From assembly GCA_050916045.1 (NCBI GenBank), contig CP051526.1:1824001-1888000 (forward strand): DNA of 64,000 nt, read 5' to 3'. This stretch comes from Tepidisphaera sp. (GTDB taxonomy: Bacteria; Planctomycetota; Phycisphaerae; Phycisphaerales; UBA1924). Under the pieces are notes generated by a model. The model saw nothing but the letters and a program-made list of their open reading frames with translations, was not told the DNA's origin and made no database searches. Shown one piece after another: positions 29,183-39,927 of this stretch. How positions within the stretch are numbered: the stretch's first letter is position 1; each line of letters opens with the position of its first letter. A program made the translations under genes and the position numbers.

Positions 29183-29482
29183 GGGGCTTTGCGACGTGGA
29201 GCGACTGCGACGGCTTTGGTTCAAGCGTACGAAGGGCCCCGAAAGAAAAAGTGAGAGCCGGTGCAAGGATCGCGAGGGCCGTGCCATCTGTGGAAGAGGA
29301 GAGAAAGCGGAAACGGATCGCGACCTGGGGATGGAGGAGGAAGAAGCGGGGAGCGGGGCGAGCGTGGGCGTGGGGGGCTGAGTCCGCGGCGCGGCGGGCC
29401 TTTCGGAGGGGATCTCAAATCCAAGGTGTGTGCCTTGAACCAACCGGACGGTGCCGGGCGGCTGTCTCATGGAGATACGCAG

Positions 29483-30349
29483 ATGTTGAATCGCAAGCAG
29501 GTGATCATGGTGGCGGAGGTGGCGGCGGTGATGCTCCTGATCGCGGGAAGCGCGTCGGCCGAGCCGATCGTGCGGAGCGGGACGGCGGCGGACGCGGCGG
29601 GGCTGACTTCGCTGGTGAATCAGTTCCGTGTGGATATCAGCAACGGGGGGATCTTCAATCCGCCCGGGGCTGAGCCTCCCGCGCCGGGGATTGGTCGGCG
29701 TGAGATCAACTGGGATGCGCCCGCGCTGGACGCGTTCGCTTCGCCGGGTCTGATGCCGAACGACTTCTTCAACCGTGTTTCCAAGCGCGGCGCGCTGTTC
29801 TCGACGGACGGCGACGGCGTTGCGGTGAGCCGTCGGAACGCGGGCGGCGATCTGAGCGATCCGAGCTTGCGGTTTGGCGATCTGAACGCGCAGTACAACT
29901 CGGAGTTCGCGGTGTTCAGCCAGCAGCGGTTGTTTGCGGTTCGCGGGTCGACGGTGATGGAGACGACGTTCTTCATCCCGACGGTGCCTTCAGCCCGTGC
30001 GACGGTGAACGGGTTCGGGGCGGTCTTCTGCGATGTGGATCTTGATTCGAGCACGCTGCTTGAGTTCTTTGACGTGAGCGGCGGGCTGATCTTCAGCCAG
30101 AACGTGTCGAATCGCGACAAGGGGCTGTCGTTCCTGGGCGCGTCGTTCAGCGATGGGACGCAGATCGCCAAGGTGCGTCTCACGGTGGGCAACGCGCTCT
30201 TGGGCGAGACGGACGGGTTCTTCGACGACGGCTTCCACGATGTGGTGGTGATGGACGATTTCTTCTACGGCGAGCCGGTGCCGACGCCGGGGGTTCTGGC
30301 GGTGGGTGGGCTGATGGCGGCTTTGGGCATGAACCGTCGCCGCCGTTGA
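29483..30349 (+). CDS. Secreted protein with PEP-CTERM-like (VPTPG) sorting signal
   Basis: Signal peptide ending ASA; RREINWD and VVMDDFFYGEP; C-terminus VPTPG-hydrophobic-RRRR; GGAG SD. Confidence 0.85.
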   Translation: MLNRKQVIMVAEVAAVMLLIAGSASAEPIVRSGTAADAAGLTSLVNQFRVDISNGGIFNPPGAEPPAPGIGRREINWDAPALDAFASPGLMPNDFFNRVSKRGALFSTDGDGVAVSRRNAGGDLSDPSLRFGDLNAQYNSEFAVFSQQRLFAVRGSTVMETTFFIPTVPSARATVNGFGAVFCDVDLDSSTLLEFFDVSGGLIFSQNVSNRDKGLSFLGASFSDGTQIAKVRLTVGNALLGETDGFFDDGFHDVVVMDDFFYGEPVPTPGVLAVGGLMAALGMNRRRR

Positions 30350-30467
30350 GTCTGAGGAATGAGTGAGAGGGAAGGGAGAGCGTCCGAGCAGGGAGACCCG
30401 CACGGACGCATTGCAATCGGCGATCGGTCGCGGAGTCTGATGGTCGGGCGTCATCGAAACGAGAGGC

Positions 30468-31034
30468 TTACGACCCCTCGCCGACCATTCCGCCTTTGCC
30501 GCTGCGAAGGTCGAACTGGTATTGGGCGTCGTTAAAGTCCGTCACTCGGACGGAGCTCTCGTCAACAGAGAGCGTGCCGGTAAAGATGTCGGCTCCCGAT
30601 TGCGACCAGACTTTCTTTCCGTCGATGGTGAACATGCTGATGAGCAACTCGCCATGCACGATGACGTGCCGACCGTTGGGCGTCAGGTGAAGGCCGAAGC
30701 AGGTTGCTTCGTCAGCTTGGACTTCCCACAACAGTTGGAGGTCCGGGAGTCCGAGGGATACGAGGCGGTCGCCGACTGCGACAAGGCAACGATCGGCCAG
30801 GAGCACGCAGGATCGCTCGTTGACACCTGACCCGCCGCCCGACGCGGCGAGCAGAACCGAAGCATGTGGTCTGCCGGCGATCGACAGTCGCAGGCCGTGT
30901 TTGTTCGCCGGGAGGTCGCCATCGGTGTCAATCAGCAACTCGCGGTCGTATTGACGAGGGTTGTCCCGTGAGCCGATCGTGTATTCGGCTTCGTTGATCA
31001 TCTCGATCTGGGTCAGATCCCGTGTCCAAGGCAT
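30468..31034 (-). CDS. Hypothetical protein (beta-rich, PQQ/propeller-like C-terminal half)
   Basis: AAGGGG SD before MPWTRD; LLWEV, VHGELLIS, WSQSGADIF segments; visibly lower GC. Confidence 0.65.
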   Translation of the reverse strand: MPWTRDLTQIEMINEAEYTIGSRDNPRQYDRELLIDTDGDLPANKHGLRLSIAGRPHASVLLAASGGGSGVNERSCVLLADRCLVAVGDRLVSLGLPDLQLLWEVQADEATCFGLHLTPNGRHVIVHGELLISMFTIDGKKVWSQSGADIFTGTLSVDESSVRVTDFNDAQYQFDLRSGKGGMVGEGS

Positions 31035-31095
31035 CGCGTATTCCCCCTTGGCAGATGAGATCGAGGCCCGGTGCAAGAAGCCGGACGAGCAGGAA

Positions 31096-31875
31096 TTACT
31101 TCGTCACCGTGCGTTGTTCGATGCGTTTGACGCTGACGGTTTTGACGAGGCGGTCGATGTAGTTGCCGGGGGTGTGGACGCGGTCGGGGTCGAGGGCACC
31201 CACAGCGAGGATGTCTTCGACTTCGGCGATGACGAACTTGGCGGCGGTGGCCATCATGGCGTTGAAGTTGCGGGCGGTTTTGTTGTAGACGAGGTTGCCG
31301 AATTCGTCGGCTTTGGCGGCTTTGACGAGGGCGAGGTCGGCGTAGAGGCCGGTTTCCATGACGTATTCGCGGGTGGTGGCGGCGGGGGCGGAGCCGGGCT
31401 TGCGATTGTGGTTTTTGGTGTCGTCGTAGGGCCTGTAGAACTGCTTGGTTTCTTTGCCTTCGGCGACGACGGTGCCGACGCCGGTAGCGGTGAAGAAGGC
31501 GGGGATGCCCGCGCCGCCGGCGCGGATGCGTTCGGCAAGGGTGCCCTGGGGGTTGAACTCGATCTCCAGTTCGCCGCCGAGGAACTGCTTCTCGAAGGTG
31601 GCGTTCTCGCCGACGTAGGAGGAGATCATCTTCTTGATCTGGCGCGTCTCGAGCAGAAGGCCGAGCCCCCACGGCGTGGGCATGTCGACGCCCGCGTTGT
31701 TGCTGATGCAGGTGAGCCCCTGGACGCCGGTGTCGCGGAGGGCGACGATGAGTTGCTCGGGGATGCCGCAGAGGCCAAAGCCGCCCACCATGACGGTCAT
31801 CCCGTCGAAGATGATGCCCCTGTCCTTGAGGTCTGAGAACGCGGCGGAAGCGGTGGGATGGACTTTGGTTGCCAT
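31096..31875 (-). CDS. scoA: 3-oxoacid CoA-transferase subunit A
   Basis: VGGFGLCGIPE, SNNAG, SSYVGEN, PQGTLAERIRAGGAGIPAF, KTARNFN. Confidence 0.92.
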   Translation of the reverse strand: MATKVHPTASAAFSDLKDRGIIFDGMTVMVGGFGLCGIPEQLIVALRDTGVQGLTCISNNAGVDMPTPWGLGLLLETRQIKKMISSYVGENATFEKQFLGGELEIEFNPQGTLAERIRAGGAGIPAFFTATGVGTVVAEGKETKQFYRPYDDTKNHNRKPGSAPAATTREYVMETGLYADLALVKAAKADEFGNLVYNKTARNFNAMMATAAKFVIAEVEDILAVGALDPDRVHTPGNYIDRLVKTVSVKRIEQRTVTK

Positions 31876-32014
31876 GGCCGAGGATAGGCTCCAGCGGGCT
31901 TTGTCAAGGGTGTGGGATTCGGGGTGTGCACCCGCTTGGGCGGACCCGAGCAATCAACGTCGGACCTTGTGGCGGGAGGGCCTCTCGGGTATGCTGGCTG
32001 GCGGAGGTTCCGTC

Positions 32015-34201
32015 ATGGGCATTGCTCGTCGCTCTAGCGTGGTTCTGATGATGTGTCTGGCTTCCGGGGCCGCTTCGGCTCAGGTCTTCACGGTGATCGA
32101 CTCGATCCCGGCGGTGGGGCCGATTCTCGCGGCGGCTCCCGGACCAAGGCCGACGGCGGGGACGCCGGTGTTCTCGGATCATCCGCGGCTGGTGGCGATG
32201 CTGGCGGGAGCGCCGATGCAGGACCTCTCGCGGCCGCTGGGCGAGTATGGCTTGCGTCTGCGGATCCCCGGGCCGACGGGCGCGGAGGTGGAGTGTGTCG
32301 TCGCGGAGTCTCCGATGATGGAAGCCGGGCTTGCGGCCCGGTTCCCGCAGATCAGGACGTACATCGTCGCGGCGGTTGACGGGTCGGCGACGGGCCGGCT
32401 TGAGGTTTCGCCGCGCGGGATGACCGGGATGCTTCGGACGACGTCGGGAGAAGCGTGGATGATCGATCCGGCGTGGTCGGCGGATCCGACTGTGCTGGTG
32501 TCGTACCACATGCGTGATCTGCCGGGCGGGACGGACTGGGTGTGCGACACGCGGGTGCATGAGCACGACCACGCGGAAAGCGAGCCTGCGGGGTTTGATC
32601 CGCGCGGCACGCCGGTTCAGGAGCGGCGGACCGTCCGCGTCGCGATGGCGTGCACGGGCGAGTACGGCTTGCACCATTCGACGATCCAGGGCAACTCGCC
32701 GAACACCGCCGATCCCCTCGCGGCGATCGTGACGGTGATCGGCCGGACGAACGTCGTGTACGAAGCGGACATCGGCGTGCACTTTGACCTCGTCGCCGAC
32801 AACCACCTGGTCGTTTTCTCCAATCCGGACACGGATCCGTACCCGACGACATGCGACGGGCTCGGAGGGTCGGACTGCTCCGGGCCGCTGCTGGGCGCCA
32901 ATCAGGGGGTGCTCTTCAACACGTTCCAGAGCAACGGCGGGTATGACCTCGGACACATCGTGACGCGGATCGCGGGGGGCGTGGCGTACCTGCGCGATGT
33001 GTGCGGCGGGGGAGGCGGTGTTTCCGGGATTCCTCGCGGCGGCGATGTCGATCCCTTCTCGGCGCTCGTGGTGATCCACGAGTTCGGGCACCAGTTCGGC
33101 GCGAACCACACGTTCAGCGGGACGCGCGGACGCTGCGGCAACAACGCCCGCCTTGCGAGCGCGTGGGAAGCCGGCTCGGGCTCGTCGCCGATGGCCTACG
33201 CCGGCGGATGCCCGGTCGGGGACGCTCCGCCCTCGGACAACATCGTGCAGTTCGCGGATCCCTTCTTCCACCACGGAAGCATCGAGGAGATGAAAGCCTT
33301 CCTTCCGGACGCCACTTGCATGGGCACGGTCGCGACCGGCAACCACATCCCGGAATTCACGCAGATCACGCCCAACCGCGCGATCCCGCCGGGCACTCCC
33401 TTTACGCTCACCGCGGTCGCGTCCGACCCGGACGCGGGCAGCGTGCTGACGTACTCGTGGGAGCAGTTCGATAACGGGGTGCGGCGTCCGCTCGAGGGGG
33501 AAGGCTCGGAGGACAACGGAGACGGGTCGCTCTTCCGGATCTTCCCGCCGACGACCGCGGGCTCTCGCACGTTCCCCAAACTCGCCGATGTGCGGAGCGG
33601 TGTGCCCACGCCCGGCGAAAAGCTCCCGACCGTCACAGGCGTGACGCGCGACTTCCGCGCGGTCGTCCGCGACAACGACGCGGGGCTCGCGGGGGCGAGC
33701 GTGATCTCGCCGGTGGTCTCGCTCACGATCGCGGGGACGGGCCCCTTCGCGGTGACCGCGCCGACCCAGGGGCAGTCGATCGCGAGCGGAAGCCGCGTCG
33801 TTCGTTGGTCGCGCGGCGGCACGCAGAACGCCCCGATCTCGACATCGCAGGTTCAGATCAGCCTGTCGCTGGATGATGGCCTCACGTTCCCGTTCGCGCT
33901 GGGGCAGTTCGCCAACAGCGGGCAAGCGACGGTCACGCTTCCGAACCGCTCATCGAATGTCGCTCGCATCCGGATCGACCCGGTAGGCAACATCTACTTC
34001 GCGATGTCGCGGCCGTTCACGCTCGTCAATTCCTGCCCGGCGGACTTCAACGCGGACGGGTTCCTGGACTTCTTCGACTACGACGCCTTCGTGACGGCGT
34101 TCGAGACCGGCGAGGGCCCATCCGCGGACTTCAACGGAGATGACTTCGTCGACTTCTTTGATTACGACGCGTACGTCGCGGCGTTCGAAGCGGGTTGCTG
34201 A
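32015..34201 (+). CDS. Secreted M12B/reprolysin-like zinc metallopeptidase with C-terminal GC-type dockerin
   Basis: HEFGHQFGANH, EAGSGSSPMAYAG (Met-turn), LTYSWEQ; ends CPADFNADGFLDFFDYD...AAFEAGC. Confidence 0.92.
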   Translation: MGIARRSSVVLMMCLASGAASAQVFTVIDSIPAVGPILAAAPGPRPTAGTPVFSDHPRLVAMLAGAPMQDLSRPLGEYGLRLRIPGPTGAEVECVVAESPMMEAGLAARFPQIRTYIVAAVDGSATGRLEVSPRGMTGMLRTTSGEAWMIDPAWSADPTVLVSYHMRDLPGGTDWVCDTRVHEHDHAESEPAGFDPRGTPVQERRTVRVAMACTGEYGLHHSTIQGNSPNTADPLAAIVTVIGRTNVVYEADIGVHFDLVADNHLVVFSNPDTDPYPTTCDGLGGSDCSGPLLGANQGVLFNTFQSNGGYDLGHIVTRIAGGVAYLRDVCGGGGGVSGIPRGGDVDPFSALVVIHEFGHQFGANHTFSGTRGRCGNNARLASAWEAGSGSSPMAYAGGCPVGDAPPSDNIVQFADPFFHHGSIEEMKAFLPDATCMGTVATGNHIPEFTQITPNRAIPPGTPFTLTAVASDPDAGSVLTYSWEQFDNGVRRPLEGEGSEDNGDGSLFRIFPPTTAGSRTFPKLADVRSGVPTPGEKLPTVTGVTRDFRAVVRDNDAGLAGASVISPVVSLTIAGTGPFAVTAPTQGQSIASGSRVVRWSRGGTQNAPISTSQVQISLSLDDGLTFPFALGQFANSGQATVTLPNRSSNVARIRIDPVGNIYFAMSRPFTLVNSCPADFNADGFLDFFDYDAFVTAFETGEGPSADFNGDDFVDFFDYDAYVAAFEAGC

Positions 34202-34214
34202 CCGTCGGCGCACG

Positions 34215-34248
34215 CGAAAGGCGGCCGCGAGTTCGCGACCGCCTTTCG
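34215..34248. terminator. Long hairpin between convergent genes (probable bidirectional terminator)
   Basis: CGAAAGGCGGCCGCGA / TCGCGACCGCCTTTCG near-perfect inverted repeat. Confidence 0.65.
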
Positions 34249-34279
34249 TGCGTGTGCAATCGTGCTGTCCGAGGCGCGA

Positions 34280-36532
34280 TTACTCGATGTTCAGGTTGGC
34301 GAGCCATGCGCCGAACGACGTCTGCAGGTCGGACTGCCGCTGGCGAGCGGCTTCGATCTGCTTGGCGATCTCGTTCACGCGGGCTTCCTGCTCGGAGAAT
34401 TTCTTGATGTAGTTGGCGTAGAGCTCGGTCGTCTTCTCGATGGCTTTCATGTTTTCGCGGACGCGGGCCTGGTCCTGGGTGATCTCGTTCCGCTCGCGAT
34501 CGAGCTGCTGGATGGTCTGGCCGACCGACTGGATCTCACCCTGCCGCTTCTGCGCTTCGCGGAACGCATCGAGGACGGCCTTGGACGCTTTCCCCTGCGT
34601 GTGGTAGGCGCCCATGGTGGAGAGGTCGTAGTTGAGCAGGGCGAACTGCTGGCTGTAGGTCATCTGCTGCGTGACGGTGAGCGAAGCCTGCTTGGTCGCG
34701 GCCGCGGAAACCTCGAAGCGGTAGAGCGCCTGCGTCGTCTCGATCGGCTTGGCTTCGCTCTTGAGTTCGTGCCCGGGCAGCTTCGCGTGTTCGACGATGA
34801 TCGTACGGTCGTGCTTCTGCGACTTGTTGGAGAAGTCGTACGTGATGTTATTGATGGACAAGCTCGTCTGTTCGAGGAGCCCGTTGACGATCCGGAGCTT
34901 GCGGACGTTCGACGTCGACTCGTCCCGGGTGATCACCGCGACGTCGAGATCCACCGCGTAGGAAACCAGCCGCTTTTCGCCGGGGGCGACGTGCCCGACC
35001 TGGGCGTCGCCCGCGTACGCCGAGCCGTCGTAGACCGAGATCGGGCCGGGGAGGAGTTGGAGGTCCGTCGTGTTCTTGACCTCAAGGCCGCGCATCGGAT
35101 GTTCCGACCCGTCGGCGCTGTTGTAGATCGAGACGCGACGCCCCTCGACGCCCTGGTTGATGATCGGGAGCATCGCCGACCGCTGACGCTCGATCGTCAC
35201 GGGCGTTTTGAGCTCGTACTGGAAGACTTCTCCGGCTTCGACCGCTTGGGCCCGGGCGGCCGCGGCGTAGCCCGCCAGGTCGGAGGCTTCGAGCGCCGGA
35301 GCCGCATCGGCCAGACCGGCCGCAGGCTTGGGTGCACCGGGCGCGTTGCCCGCGTACCCCATCTCTGACCGCTTAGCGCGAGCCGCAGCCGCCCCGCCGC
35401 TGCCTCTGGGATCGCCGGGCTGACCGGGCCGACCCTCGGGGATGCCGTCGTTATCGATCATGACGCCGCCCGCGTACATCCGAGGCGCCACGCCGGGCAC
35501 CGTCGGCACCGGAACCTCCGGACGCGCGACGAAAAGCGGCTCGTACAGGTCCATCTGGAAGCTCACGGGCCGGCCGGACACCAGCGACAGCGTGACATCT
35601 TTCCAATCCTCGTCCGTCGGATTCTCGACGATCGCCCAGCCCTGGAGCGACACTTCGCCCTTCCTCGTGGGCTGCGCGGTCTTGTCGTCCGCGGCGGCTT
35701 TGTCATCGGGCAGGACGATCCGGTAGCTGGCTTTCCAAACCGGCATTTCGTGGATGTAGCCGACAGCGACGTTGCGCGAGCCCGCGCCGCGGAGCGCGAT
35801 CTCGACGGCTTTCGTCCGGTCGGCGCGGTGTTCGGCGAGAGCCATGAGCGCTTTGTTCAGTTCCTCGGCGAGCTCCTTGTCCTGAAGCTGGACCGACGAG
35901 GCTTTCGTGAGGTCAAAGGCCCGGATGCCGCCCGCAGTCACGAGGTTGAGGAAGGCGACCTTGATCGGCTTGCTGTCGCCGCCGGAAGCGACATCGCGGT
36001 ACTCGACGCCGAGGATCGTTCCCGAAGCCGCTCCCTCGGGGGTGGTCACGCTCGCCGTCGCGCCGCGGAGCTTGCCAAGCAGGTCGGGGAGCGTCGGCGA
36101 GTCGGAGATGTCGACGCCGAAGGACGCGAGCCGGCGCGAGAGGGGTTCCTTGCTCGCGTAGCTCACGCCCTCGATCTGTCCGCCCGAGAGGTCGACGACG
36201 ATCATCGACTTCAGGATGTCGTTGATCTGGTCGGTCTTGAACCGAAGCTGGACGTTGGAGTCGCCCTGCACCGCTCCCTGACGGAGAAATGAGCCGACGC
36301 CCGAGCGGTACAGGGTGATTCGGCGGATGTCGAGGTTGTCACCCTTGGCCTGGGCGCCGGCGGCTTTCGCGGCGGCGGGCTGGGCGGTGGGGGAGCTTCC
36401 GGTGAGGCCGCCCTGCGCGGACGCAGAGGTCGCAACGGCGAGCGGCAGGGCGAGGCCAGCCAAGCACGCCAGAGCGGCCAAACGGGACATGCGGCGGGAT
36501 CCATCCAGAGCGGTCGTCATCATCGTCGTCAT
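34280..36532 (-). CDS. Secreted DUF4139-type protein with C-terminal coiled coil
   Basis: ITLYRSGVG, QINDILKS, PVWKASYR, LQGWAIVENPTDEDWKDVTLSLVSGRP; signal peptide; start uncertain. Confidence 0.8.
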   Translation of the reverse strand: MTTMMTTALDGSRRMSRLAALACLAGLALPLAVATSASAQGGLTGSSPTAQPAAAKAAGAQAKGDNLDIRRITLYRSGVGSFLRQGAVQGDSNVQLRFKTDQINDILKSMIVVDLSGGQIEGVSYASKEPLSRRLASFGVDISDSPTLPDLLGKLRGATASVTTPEGAASGTILGVEYRDVASGGDSKPIKVAFLNLVTAGGIRAFDLTKASSVQLQDKELAEELNKALMALAEHRADRTKAVEIALRGAGSRNVAVGYIHEMPVWKASYRIVLPDDKAAADDKTAQPTRKGEVSLQGWAIVENPTDEDWKDVTLSLVSGRPVSFQMDLYEPLFVARPEVPVPTVPGVAPRMYAGGVMIDNDGIPEGRPGQPGDPRGSGGAAAARAKRSEMGYAGNAPGAPKPAAGLADAAPALEASDLAGYAAAARAQAVEAGEVFQYELKTPVTIERQRSAMLPIINQGVEGRRVSIYNSADGSEHPMRGLEVKNTTDLQLLPGPISVYDGSAYAGDAQVGHVAPGEKRLVSYAVDLDVAVITRDESTSNVRKLRIVNGLLEQTSLSINNITYDFSNKSQKHDRTIIVEHAKLPGHELKSEAKPIETTQALYRFEVSAAATKQASLTVTQQMTYSQQFALLNYDLSTMGAYHTQGKASKAVLDAFREAQKRQGEIQSVGQTIQQLDRERNEITQDQARVRENMKAIEKTTELYANYIKKFSEQEARVNEIAKQIEAARQRQSDLQTSFGAWLANLNIE

Positions 36533-36596
36533 GAGAGTCTCCTGTACGGGTATAGCGCACCTTGTCCGAGTTTGGTTCACGGGTTTGAGACCCGTG

Positions 36597-39500
36597 TTAA
36601 GGCAGGGAAATTCGGAGGGTTACGATCTGAAAGGGCATGAGGTCAAGGGAGGTGATCTGGCCCTGGTGATAACAGCCCTCGCTGCCGTCCCGCTCGCCGC
36701 CTTCTTCCTCGCTGCGTTCAAGTCCGTCCACGAGGATTCCGTCCGCTACGGGAACATTCCAGTGCAGCTCGCAGAGTCCTCGCGCGCCGTGGCATTCATT
36801 GAGCCGAACGATCAGATCGTTCGAGTCTTCCGCACGCTTGATCGCGGCGATCTGGAGTGCGGCCGGGCCAAGCGACTTGATCTGGAAGGGCGGAGTGAGC
36901 GTGGAGCGGTCGGGCGCTGCCGCGAGGGCGAGCGGCGGCGAACGGAGCAGTTCCGCGTGATGCAGGACCGTGGCCGCCCGCCAATCGCCCGCGTGGCGCA
37001 ACAGACTGATCGTGAATTCGTGATGTCCCTCGTCCGCGTGCTCATCAGGAAAGGTCGGAGCTCTCAGCAGCGAGACCCCCCATTCGTGCATTCCGCGGTC
37101 CTGCCAGCACGAAAACCCGAACTTCGAGTCCGTCAGGATCGCCATGCCCCGGCCCCGCTCGGAAAGGTCCATCCACCCTTGCGCCGGGAACTCGAATCGG
37201 GCCCGCTCGTGAGCAGTGTTTCGGTGCGTCGGGCGCGTCAAGTGGCCGAAGTGCGTCGCGTGCGTGCAGGTCGACTGTGGTCCAAGATTGGTCGACCCGT
37301 CGTAGCGAAGCAGCCTGTGCTTCTCGTGCCACTCCACCGCAAACTGCACGTCGATGCGAGGGGAACCCGCGTGAAGAACGATCTTTCGGGTGATAGTGCT
37401 CCGCTCCGAGACCCTTTGTTCGACCTGAATCGTGCATCGAAGCGGGTGGCTTTCGATGATCGCGATGGAAGTCGGTCTCGGCAGCGAAATGGGCTTGTCA
37501 ACGTAGAAGTGATCCACATCCCACGCGTCCCACATGATCGGGCGGTCCTCGTACATCGAGAGTGACGGCGCACTGATCGAGTCGGACTCGGGTCCGCCCC
37601 GAAGCGACACGAACCCGATCTCGCCGTTCACATTGCTCACGCCGAAGGCGACGATGCCGTTGCTGACGTGGATCCCGAACGGTCTGGTCTCGACCGAGAC
37701 GGGCTCGGCGGTCGGTCGGCTCACGATCGGCCCCATTCCCAGCGGCGGCGCGGAATCGACAAACACCGGCTCGCCCCGATGATCGATCACGCCGCGGAAC
37801 GGCCAAGTCGTCGGGTTGAAGACCGACGTGGGAGCGGACGAGTCTCCCGGGGCTGGGATGAAGCGTTTTGTCTCCTGCACGATGAGCCGCTGGATCTCCG
37901 CGTGGTCCTGCTTCGCATCGTCGTACACCCAGCCGATCGACGAGCCCGGCAGGATGTCGTGGAACTGGTTCAGAAGCGTGAGTTTCCACGCCCGATCAAA
38001 CCGGGCTCGTGATTCGGGCGTCACCAATCGGCCGGGCAGGTCGCTCAGCGTCGTGAGCATCTCCGCCAGCCGCAGACCCTGTTCCGCTTGCACGTTCGCT
38101 TTCTTGATCCACGCCTGGCTCGTGAGCGTGCCGCGGTGGATCTCCATGTCGAGCTCGCCGTACCACTGGGGGAACTCGGCTCCCGCGTGGTGCTGGGCGT
38201 AAAGCTCATCGCAGAACGCCGTTGCTGAAGAGAACTCCACCCTCGGCAAGCCGTCGCAGTCCTTCGCAAGTTCCGCGAACCGGATCGACCAATCCGTCGC
38301 CCCGCCGCCGCCGTCGCCGAACCCGAAAGGCTGAAGCCAGATCGGCTCGGGTCGCGCAGGACGCTTGAGGGTGTCGTCGAGCCTCGCCAGACTTGTCGGA
38401 TGCATCGGAACGGATGACTTGTTCCGGTGCGTCGCTTCGCCGCGGCGAAGCTCCTTCGGAGTGTTCGTCGCGTTGTAATCCTGCCCCGGCGTGTTGTGCG
38501 CGAGCACCGACGTTCCATCGATCCCGCACCACCAGAACGTCGTGTACGGGAACGTCGTGTGCTGCCACCAGTGCAGCTTGTTCGTGATGAACGTGTCCAA
38601 GCCGCCGTGCCGCATGATCTGCGGGAGGTTGCCGCCGAACCCGAACGTGTCGGGCAGATACAGGAATCGCTGCTTGCCCTTGTCGCCGAACCGCGACCGC
38701 CACCACCGGTCCGCGTGGAGCATCTGCCGGATGAGCGACTCGCCGCTGACGCAGTTGACATCGGGCTCGATCCACATGCCGCCGCCGACTTCCCAACGGC
38801 CCTCTTCAACGCGGGCTTTGATGCGGGCGAAGAGCTCGGGGTCGCGTTCCTCGACCCAGGCGTAGTGCTGCGTTTGGCTCGCGAGGAACGTGTAGTCGGG
38901 GAACCGCTCCATGTTGCGGAGCTGGTTGCTGAAGGTCCTGAGCACCTTCCGCTTGGTCTCGCGGATTGGCCAAAGCCACGCGGTGTCGAGGTGCGCGTGC
39001 CCGACGGCGAAGCAGCGCGTCGTGCTTCCGCTTGCGGAGCTCGCGAGCGTTCGCTCGAGCGCGGCGAGGGGTTCCGTCAGGTCTTGGCCGGTCGTGTGGG
39101 TGTTCGTGGCGCGCGTCAGGGCCGCGATGAGCTGCTGGGCCCGATTGCTATCCAGCGGCAGCTCTTCAAGCAGCTTGAGTGCGACCGCGTACCGCTGGCG
39201 AAGCTCCCACGCGTGGGGGTCAAAGACCGCGACCTCGCAGCGTTCGAACCGTCCCGGATGCTCCGAAGCCCAGCGGGCGTGGATCTCCGCCGGGTCCCAT
39301 TCGAAGCCGCCCGCTCCAAACGGATGGTTGCACGCGGCTTCGACCAGCGCGTCGATCTTCTCGCCACCCTCCGCTGAATCAGCGAGGTGGTACGCATCGC
39401 GGTTGACATCAAACCCCTGCAGCGCCGTCGCGGGCGTCGCCGAACTCGCATCCAGCCGCCAGAGCAGAGCTTCCGTTCCGGAGGAGAATCGCAAAGCGAC

Positions 39501-39779
39501 GGGCTTTCCCTTCCACGCGCGGGGCACCTCGCCGCGGATGCGGAACCATGCGGTGGACCACTTGGGGCCCCAGTTCCACGGCGCGGCGACAGGGCGGAAG
39601 TTGCGAGCGGCGGCTTGCTCGGCGGTGATCGGTGCCGCGTGCGGGTCGGTGATCTGATGGACCTCGGCGGTGAGCGGCGAGCTTTCGACCCAGATCGCGG
39701 GCTCGATCACGTCGCGGAAGTAGGTCTGGAAGCGGCGGAGGGAGAGGTAAGCGTCGCGGGGTTGCTGATGCTGGGTCAT
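36597..39779 (-). CDS. Alpha-mannosidase, glycoside hydrolase family 38
   Basis: GHAHLDTAWLW, GGMWIEPD, LPDTFG, GDGGGG, HRGT, NQFHDILPGSSI. Confidence 0.94.
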   Translation of the reverse strand: MTQHQQPRDAYLSLRRFQTYFRDVIEPAIWVESSPLTAEVHQITDPHAAPITAEQAAARNFRPVAAPWNWGPKWSTAWFRIRGEVPRAWKGKPVALRFSSGTEALLWRLDASSATPATALQGFDVNRDAYHLADSAEGGEKIDALVEAACNHPFGAGGFEWDPAEIHARWASEHPGRFERCEVAVFDPHAWELRQRYAVALKLLEELPLDSNRAQQLIAALTRATNTHTTGQDLTEPLAALERTLASSASGSTTRCFAVGHAHLDTAWLWPIRETKRKVLRTFSNQLRNMERFPDYTFLASQTQHYAWVEERDPELFARIKARVEEGRWEVGGGMWIEPDVNCVSGESLIRQMLHADRWWRSRFGDKGKQRFLYLPDTFGFGGNLPQIMRHGGLDTFITNKLHWWQHTTFPYTTFWWCGIDGTSVLAHNTPGQDYNATNTPKELRRGEATHRNKSSVPMHPTSLARLDDTLKRPARPEPIWLQPFGFGDGGGGATDWSIRFAELAKDCDGLPRVEFSSATAFCDELYAQHHAGAEFPQWYGELDMEIHRGTLTSQAWIKKANVQAEQGLRLAEMLTTLSDLPGRLVTPESRARFDRAWKLTLLNQFHDILPGSSIGWVYDDAKQDHAEIQRLIVQETKRFIPAPGDSSAPTSVFNPTTWPFRGVIDHRGEPVFVDSAPPLGMGPIVSRPTAEPVSVETRPFGIHVSNGIVAFGVSNVNGEIGFVSLRGGPESDSISAPSLSMYEDRPIMWDAWDVDHFYVDKPISLPRPTSIAIIESHPLRCTIQVEQRVSERSTITRKIVLHAGSPRIDVQFAVEWHEKHRLLRYDGSTNLGPQSTCTHATHFGHLTRPTHRNTAHERARFEFPAQGWMDLSERGRGMAILTDSKFGFSCWQDRGMHEWGVSLLRAPTFPDEHADEGHHEFTISLLRHAGDWRAATVLHHAELLRSPPLALAAAPDRSTLTPPFQIKSLGPAALQIAAIKRAEDSNDLIVRLNECHGARGLCELHWNVPVADGILVDGLERSEEEGGERDGSEGCYHQGQITSLDLMPFQIVTLRISLP

Positions 39780-39852
39780 GCCGCCGCAGTGTACGGGCGG
39801 GCCGCTCAGCCCGGGGCAAGACGGCTTGGGGCAGGGCGCGTTTGTGCGGGCG

Positions 39853-39897
39853 AAAACTGGAAAGGGCGCCCCGCGCGAAGCAGGACGCCCTTTCCGG
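39853..39897 (-). terminator. Intrinsic terminator
   Basis: GGAAAGGGCG...CGCCCTTTCC stem followed by TTTT on the minus strand. Confidence 0.75.
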
Positions 39898-39927
39898 ACA
39901 GTAATCAGTTCTTGCGGCCCGTCCGGT

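Noticed and set aside
30350..30468. Integron attC sites after the lower-GC singleton genes
   Set aside because: No RYYYAAC...GTTRRRY boundaries seen and no integrase.
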